This document shows, piece by piece, positions 55,735 to 64,000 of a stretch of 64,000 nt of DNA (positions are counted from its first letter, which is position 1; each line of letters begins with the position of its first letter). The notes below the pieces were generated by a model. The model had not been told where the DNA came from. It searched no databases and saw only the letters and a program-made list of their open reading frames with translations. Source of the DNA: Neocallimastix sp. 'constans' (taxonomy: Eukaryota); NCBI GenBank assembly GCA_050613775.1, contig JBODTK010000129.1, positions 1 through 64,000 on the forward strand, given 5' to 3'. Made by a program: the position numbers and the translations under genes.

Positions 55735-58700
55735 TTAATTAGTTAATGATAATTTTCTTAATAAATCAGCATTGACTGGACCTGTTTCATCAACTAACTT
55801 TGAAAATTCAGTTTTATTAGTAGGAACTAAGCTACCATCAGATAAAGTTTCAAATAATAAATTACTTGGTTTATCATATTCAAGAACTTTACCTTGATTT
55901 AATACTAATACTTTATCATAATCTATAATAGTATTTAAACGATGAGCAATAGTAATAACAGTAACATCTTTAAATTCTGATCTAAGAGCCTTTTGAATAA
56001 TGGCATCTGTTTCTACATCAACTGAAGCTGTAGCTTCATCCATAACAAGAATTTTACTTTGACGGATCATTGCTCTTGCTAAACATAATAATTGTCTTTG
56101 ACCGACACTAAAATTTTCACCATTAGAACGAACTTCTGATTCTAATTTATTTTCTAATTCACTAACCATATTTTTTAAACCAGCATGTTCTAATGCATTC
56201 CAAATTTCTTGGTCAGTATGTTCATCAAATGGATCCATATTAAATCTAATTGTTCCAGAGAAAAGAATTGGATCTTGTGGAATAATAGATATTCTTCTAC
56301 GTAAATCACAGAGTTTAATATCAGTGATAGAAACATTATCAATTTTAATTGAGGATCCTGTTTCTGGTTCAACTAATCTAAAGAGGGTCATTACAATACT
56401 AGATTTACCTGCACCAGTACGTCCAACAACACCAATTTTTTCATTAGCTTGAATATCTAATGAAATATTATTTAATACAGGTGGCAAATGAGGTGCATAT
56501 TTCATAGTAAGATCCTTGATTTCAATCTTACCTTTTTGAGGCCAATCCTTTGGAGCATCTAAACCTGTTTGATCTTCAGTTTCAATATCATTGGCATAGT
56601 AACTCAAACGCTCTGCTGCATTCATATGAACTTCAGTTTCACTAAATTGACGTACAGCCCAATTAAGGTTACTAGTAACGCTTAATGAATAAGATAAACT
56701 CAAACCAAGAAGAGCAGGTGAGATAGATTTTTTAAGAATTAATCCAGAAACGGCAGCAAAGAAAACTAAGAAAGCACCAATAGTTTCTAATCTTAAACCT
56801 AACCATCTTTGAGCAGTGATTTGTAATATACATGGTCTATTATTATTGTCCATGAAAAGATCATTAATATTAATAAATCTTTCTTGTTCACGATAAGCTC
56901 TAATTGTAGATAAACCATTCATCGTTTCAGTGAAATTAGCATATAATGGTGATCTTGCTAAAGAATCAAGACGTTTGACTTCTCTAGAAGTGTTTCTATA
57001 AAATTCTTGCATTAAATAATAAATAAATAATAATGGAATAAGAGCAACTAAAAAGATAGGTGTAGCATAAATAATTAATAATAATGTTGATACAGTAACA
57101 GCGAAACAAGAAAGGAAAGATTGAATAGATTCAATTAAGACACCATCAACGGAATCTTGATCCTTTGAAAATCTATTTATAATTCTACCAAGTGGTGTTG
57201 TATCGAAGAATGAAATTGGTGCACTCATAACTCTTGCAATAGCATCTCTATGAATCTTTCCAGCTGCGACCATACCAGTATAACATATAATTACTCCAAA
57301 TAATACTTCAGCAATACCCTTTAAAACACTCCAACCTAAGTAAATAATTACATATGTCAATGTACTAATATCAAACTTCTTATCAGTCCAAAATACTAAC
57401 CATAAATCATTACCAAGTTTTGCAACTTGAGTTAAAACGAGGAAAAACAAGACAGCAGCGACACAACCTAAACCACCAGCTGCTCTTACATAAAACTTAT
57501 ATATACTAAATTTTACAGAACCTGTATTTCTTTCTTCAGCTGTCATTAATCCTTTATCTTCCTCTTTTTCTTTTCCTTCTTTTTCTTCATTTATTTTTTT
57601 ACTTTTGTCCTTTATTTCTCTTTCATTTTCATCTTCATCATCTTCTTTTGTAATGGTAATATCATCATCATCATCTTTTTTGTCTTCATCATTAGATTGT
57701 TCTAATTCAAATAATTTAGATTCCTTTTCAGATTCAGTCTCAGATTCATTTTTATTTTCATCAATGCCACCATAACTACGCATTAATCTAGCGAATTCAC
57801 CATCTTTTTCCATTAACTCGCTATAAGTACCTTGTTCACTGATACTTCCATTATCAACACAAATAATATAATCTACATTTGGTAAAACATGAAGTTGATG
57901 AGTTACTAATACACGTGTTTTATCTTTAAGTGCTCCAAGAATACATTTATCAAATAAATAACGACTAACATGAGCATCAACAGCTGAAAGTGGATCATCT
58001 AAAAATACAATATCACTATTGAAATAAACAGCTCTCGCTAAATTAATTCTTTGCTTCTGACCACCTGAAAGGTTAATACCACGTTCTCCAATTTCTGTCA
58101 TATCTCCTTTTGGGAAAATTTTAAAATCTGGTAATAAAGCACAACTCTTAATAGCATTTTTATACTTTTTTTCATCATATTCTTTACCAAATAAAATATT
58201 ATCTTTAACGGTAGCATTTTGAATCCATGCTTGTTGTGGGCAATAACCTATTGTACCACCAAAAACGACTTCACCACTTTCACGTTTCATTTCACCTATT
58301 AATGCATTAATTAATGATGATTTACCACTACCAACAGTACCAACAATTGCTGTTAATGATTTTCTTGGAATATTTAAATTAAGATTCTTAATTTTAAATG
58401 GTTCATAACTATCTTCAGAACTATTATCTTCCTTCTCCTCTTTATCTTTATTTTCATTTTCTTTATCATTAATTATATTAGAAATGTCTTTTTCTTTCTT
58501 CTCCTCAATCTCTTCTATTTTATTATTTTTACTATTTTTACTTAATTTAGAATCAGTTTCACTTTCTGAATTTTTTTCCTTTTTGGCTTCCCAATGGAAA
58601 TTACCATCTTTTACAGAAATAGCATATTCAGCTTTTGGATCAATTATTGGTAATTCATCTAATTCTTCTCCATTAATAACATTATTGATACGTCTTAAAG

Positions 58701-60246
58701 CAACAACAGTATCAGCTAATTGACCTGAAACCATTGGTAAAATACCCAATGGAAAACTTAACATTTCAAAATAGGCAAGAGTTGAAAATACCTTTGCAGC
58801 TGTTAATTTATTTCCAGCTAATGCATAACCAATATACGTAAGTGAACTTGCAAGTACTGGAATAATATCCATAAGAGAGTTTGTGCTAGTATAAATAATA
58901 AGTGATTTTCTAACACGAGCAATTTCTTTTGAACGTAATTTATTAATAATATTTAAAAAACTTGATTCCCATCCAAAAAATTTAATTACACGCATACTAC
59001 CAATAATTTCTTGAGTTTTTTTAACACGTTCATCAGTAAACTTAACAGTTTGTTCTCTTAAACTAGTTAACCATTTCATAATATAACCTTGCATTGGAAT
59101 TAACACAACAAATATTGAAAATCCTATTAAAGCCCATAAGCTATATATTTTATATTTATTAGTTATATGAATATTAATTTATTAGTATTATTTATTAGAA
59201 TTTTTTGTTATATTTTATATAATTATAATTTTTTTATTATTTTTATTTTTATTTTTATTTTTATTTATTTATTATTAATGTATTACCCTAATGCACGAAT
59301 TAATAAAGCTAAAATTACAACTAATTGGAATGGACCACTCCATAAATAATGAAGATAACTTAAAAGACCTTGAATTCTTGAAGAATCCGAAGATACAATA
59401 TTAATAATTTGTCCTTCTGTTAAATGCTGTTTTGCATTTTGAGAAAGCTTTAACATTTTTCTATACATAATACCAATGATTGTTGCTCTTACTGAGAGAC
59501 CAACTTCCATTACTAATTCAAAATAAGTATTAATAAAAAGTGTTGCAGCTATTTGAAGGGCAAACAATGATAATGCATATACCCAACTAATATAATAAAA
59601 ACATTATATTAAAGATATTACATTAGAAAAATATTTATTATTTTTATTACATAATTAATTTAATTTTGAAATATTATTAACTTTTTAAATTATATATTAT
59701 ATTTTACCCTTTATATGAAGATTCTAATTTCTCATTAGATACGTAATCCAATAACAATTCTAATATAATAGGAGAAGTAAGATTACAGCAATCAGATAAG
59801 AATTTTAAAATACCGGAAGGAATCCTTTTATATATTAAATAGAATTAATACAAACAAGTAAATATATATATATAGTGAAATATGAATTTAAAATGAATTT
59901 TTACTAGAATGATAATACAAATAAGCGAATAAGAAATTGTAATATTTATTTTATTAAATTACCATTTTGGTCCAAATACTCTAATGAATGTTTTAACAAT
60001 GCTTGGTTTATCTTTCCTTTTAATTAATTCTTTGTTCCATTCTCTATAAAAATTTTCAGCTAAAGTCTTTTCTTCAAATTTTGGATCTAATAAATATAAA
60101 TCATTATCTTCAAGTGGCCTACTATGACCAGTAGTAAAAAGTGGGTTTGCCCACCAATAAGTTATTCTTGATAGTAATGATGCTTTTGTATATGGTGTTG
60201 GCTGTGGTTCCTTTGGAACTGGTATTACTTTTTTCTTGAAAAACAT
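55735..60246 (-). CDS. ABCC/MRP-family (Yor1-like, no TMD0) ABC transporter, 4 exons
   Basis: Lasso-type N-terminus (SRITYWWANPLF), GTVGSGKSS, LSGGQKQR, LDDPLSAVD, GRTGAGKSS, FSVGQRQL, MDEATASVD. Three GT-AG introns join 60246 to the 1123-aa ORF. Confidence 0.96.
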
Positions 60247-61230
60247 TTATTGCTTTTTAATACTAAGATTTATTATTTATATAATAACTTATTTTTTTAT
60301 TAATTTTAATTTTAATTAATATTTATATTATTTTTATTTAATTTTATTTTTAATACTTCTTTTCTTTCTGTTTTTTAATTTTTTATTTTTATTTGTACTT
60401 TTAAATTTTTCTTTTTTCTTTTTTTTTAACTTTTAAATTATATTTACTTAATTTAAATATCTATTACTAATTGAATTTATTTGTTAAAAAAAATTTATAA
60501 AATTTTATTTAAATAAAAAAAAAAAAAATGAAAAAGTTGATCTTTTATAAAAAAAAAAATAAAAATAATAATAAATATAAATATAAATAAACAATGCAAA
60601 TAATTACATATTTATATTACAATATATATTATATTTAATATATAATATATATTGTAATATATTAATTGTATCATATAATATTTAATAGTGTATAATATAA
60701 TAAAAATATATTAAAAAAATTTTTTTTGACAAATTAAAAACCTTTATCCAACATATAACAAAAGAAAAGAAATAAGAATAAAAAATATATTTATATGTAT
60801 ATTCAATTTGAATGATATATTAAATAAAAAAAAAAAATTGACAAATAATATTAAATGAAAAAAAAAAACTTTAAAAAAAAAATCATTATTAATTCATATA
60901 TATATAAATATCAAACTTTTATACAGGAATTTATCATAATTAAATAATTCCACATTTCCACTATTATTCCGCAAGCAACCCAATATAAAAATTAATAATA
61001 TTATTTTATTTAAAAAATAATAAAGAGTTATAAAATTTCACATAGATTTTTTTACTGAAAAAATAAATATAAAAATTATGATTCTATTTTTTTTTTAATA
61101 ATATTTAAATATATAATATTAAGATGTTTTATACTAATTATTATAAATATATTATTACAAATGTAATATATAGTTATTTATATATATATATTATTTTCTT
61201 AATTATAAATATTTTTTTCAAACCTAGATA

Positions 61231-61610
61231 TAAATAAATAAATAAGTAAATAAATAAATAAATAATAAATAAATAATTGAATAATAAATAATAAATAATA
61301 AATAATAAATAATAAATAATAAATAATAAATAATAAATAATAAATAATAAATAATAAATAATAAATAATAAACAATAAATAATAAATAATTAATAATAAA
61401 TAATAAATAATAAATAATAAATAATAAATAATAAATAATATATAATATATAATAAATAATAAATAATAAATAATAAATAATAAATAATATATAATAAATA
61501 ATAAATAATAAATAATAAATAATAAATAATAAATAATAAATAATAAATAATAAATAAATAATAAATAATAAATAATAAATAAATAATAAATAATAAATAA
61601 TTAATAATAA
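61231..61610 (+). repeat. (AATAAAT)n heptamer microsatellite
   Basis: Read directly. Confidence 0.9.
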
Positions 61611-63240
61611 AAAACTTCTATTGTAATTAATATTATTAACATTTCAATAAAAACTACTTTTATAAATATACAATTTTTAAAATTTAATTAAATAATTTTA
61701 AAATAGTAAATATTAAGATAACATTATAATTGTACTACAATAAAAAAATGATTAATAAAAATGAAAAAATTAAAATTAAATATATATTTATATTTTAAAA
61801 ATTTATATTTTTTATATTTTAAGTTTTATTAAAATTTTTTTTTAAGCAATATAAATTTTATTTTTTATTATTTTTATTATTATTTTTATTATTATTTTTA
61901 TTATTATTTAATTCTTTAACAATTTAATATAAAAATATTTATAAATAAAATTAATTAAAACTGAAATGAACATTGACATTTAAAATTTAATTACTTTTAT
62001 CTTTCTTTGTATTATTGTTTTTAATATTCCATAAAAATTATCATTATTAATATATATACTTTTCAGATTATCAATTCTAAGTATATGTTAATAATATTAG
62101 TAATCATAATATTAGTAATTATAATTATTAACATATTAACATATTTTTTTAATTATATATTATTACATAATACATTAATTTTATTTTCTTTTTTCCTTTA
62201 GTATTATTTCTTTAATAATAATAAATATTATATAATTATATTGTATATTTTTTGTTATTATAAAATAAAATTATTAATACTTCTTATCATTTGCTTTTTA
62301 TATTATATTATTTTTTTAAAAAAAAAATTATAAAAGAATTCAAAAATTAATAATTTTAATATAAGAAAACTCATTTGGAAAAGAATAAAAATATAAAAAA
62401 TTTTATATAAATTTTAATATTAATTAAAAATTAAATAATTATAAAATTATTGAAATTATTATTTTATTAATTTAAATTTTATAATTAATAAAAAGTTTAA
62501 TAAATTAAAAAAAAAAAAAAAATTAAAATTTTATCTTTTTTTAATTTAAAAATATATGAAGGGTGAAAATGGATTTTAAATTTTAATAAATTTTTTTCAA
62601 ATTGGAAATTATACATATTATTTTATTTTAAAATTTTAAATTAAACAATAAAAATAAAAATAAAATGTAAATATCAGTATGTATGTCATAATTTATATAT
62701 AAATATATATGATGAAATTATAATTATATAATCGTTTTAGCAAATGTTATATCATTATCATTTGTTGAAAATTTATAAAAGATTATTTTTAAATAATTAT
62801 AATTCCTTAATAAGAAATGTGAATATATAATAGTAATAATATTAAAATCAAAAAACCATTAACTTGTATCAATTAAAAGCATAATAATACTAGAATTAAT
62901 AATATTTAAAAATTCATTATAAATTTATTTTTTGAATAAAAACTAACATATATAATTTAATAATAATTCTTAAATTTATTTTTAGGTATTGAATGTTTAA
63001 TTTAAAAAAAATATATTTAAATAGATTTCATTTTGAAATTTATTATTTGAATATTTCTTTAATTTCTTTTTAAAATAATACAAATATCTATAATAAATAA
63101 ATAATATAGTAATAATTATTATATTAGTAATTTTTATTTTAAATATAACAAAAAAAAAATAATAAAAATAAAAATAAAAATAAGAAAACAAACAACAAAA
63201 AGCAAGGAGTAAAGAATTAACTCAAACTCAAACTCAAATT

Positions 63241-63276
<36 letters not shown>

Positions 63277-63583
63277 GCTTCTATATTTATATAATGAAAT
63301 AGGATTTCACACTTTATACACTGAAATCATCATAAATTCTATGAAATTATTAAATATTTAATACACTGTAAATATTTTAAATGTTTTATATTAAAGAAAT
63401 AACAGAAATTTTAAAATATAATAGTAATAGTAATGATAAAATAAAATGAAAAAATAAAAACTATTATAATTTATAATTTTTATTTTATTTTTAACTATTA
63501 TAAATTTATTCTAAAATAATAATTATTATTTTAAAAAATAATTTATACCCTATTTTTGAAATATTAACAACTGTAACAATAAT

Positions 63584-63634
<51 letters not shown>

Positions 63635-64000
63635 TATTTTAAATATATATATATATATATGTAATAATAAAGAAAATAAAATAATACAAGTAACAACAAG
63701 TAACAATAATCTATTAATTTAAAAATAAATAAATTATTATCAGAACAATGGAAAGTAATGGACTTGTTAATAATGTAATAATAAAAATATTTTTTGCCTT
63801 AATATATTTTAAATTAACAAAAAATGCAAAAGCTTAATATTTTATTTGTTATAATATTATAAATTAAATTAGTATTACCCCAAATCATTAAATGTTCCTT
63901 TTTCAACCTCTAATAATGGTTTATCTATTGAAAATAATTTTCAGAACTATAGTAATATTTTTATATAAAATATATTTATATAAAATATATATATATATAT

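Overview
Extremely AT-rich eukaryotic genomic DNA with GT-AG introns and long microsatellites. The hydrogenosomal-type pyruvate formate-lyase, a centriolar CCDC57-like gene and the base composition point to an anaerobic gut fungus (Neocallimastigomycota; inferred, not searched). Host genes are eIF4A, PFL, an intronless ankyrin-repeat protein, an H2A.X-type histone, a CCDC57-like coiled-coil protein, prefoldin 2, a RING-PHD (PHRF1/Asr1-like) protein and an ABCC transporter. Mobile DNA includes a young full-length Ty1/copia element (37312-43751, minus), an old decayed copia (6258-11390), LINE remnants, a MITE with a 9-bp target-site duplication (TSD) and a foldback-like insert. The best lead is the copia lineage. 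Its primer-binding site (PBS) matches the anticodon arm of tRNA-Lys(CUU), implying a half-tRNA primer. Its LTRs end TG...TA, it sits inside an (AAT)n microsatellite, and its coding region is split into three ORFs by two +1 shifts. The decayed copia independently shows the same PBS and LTR-end pattern. All alignments and translations were done by eye.
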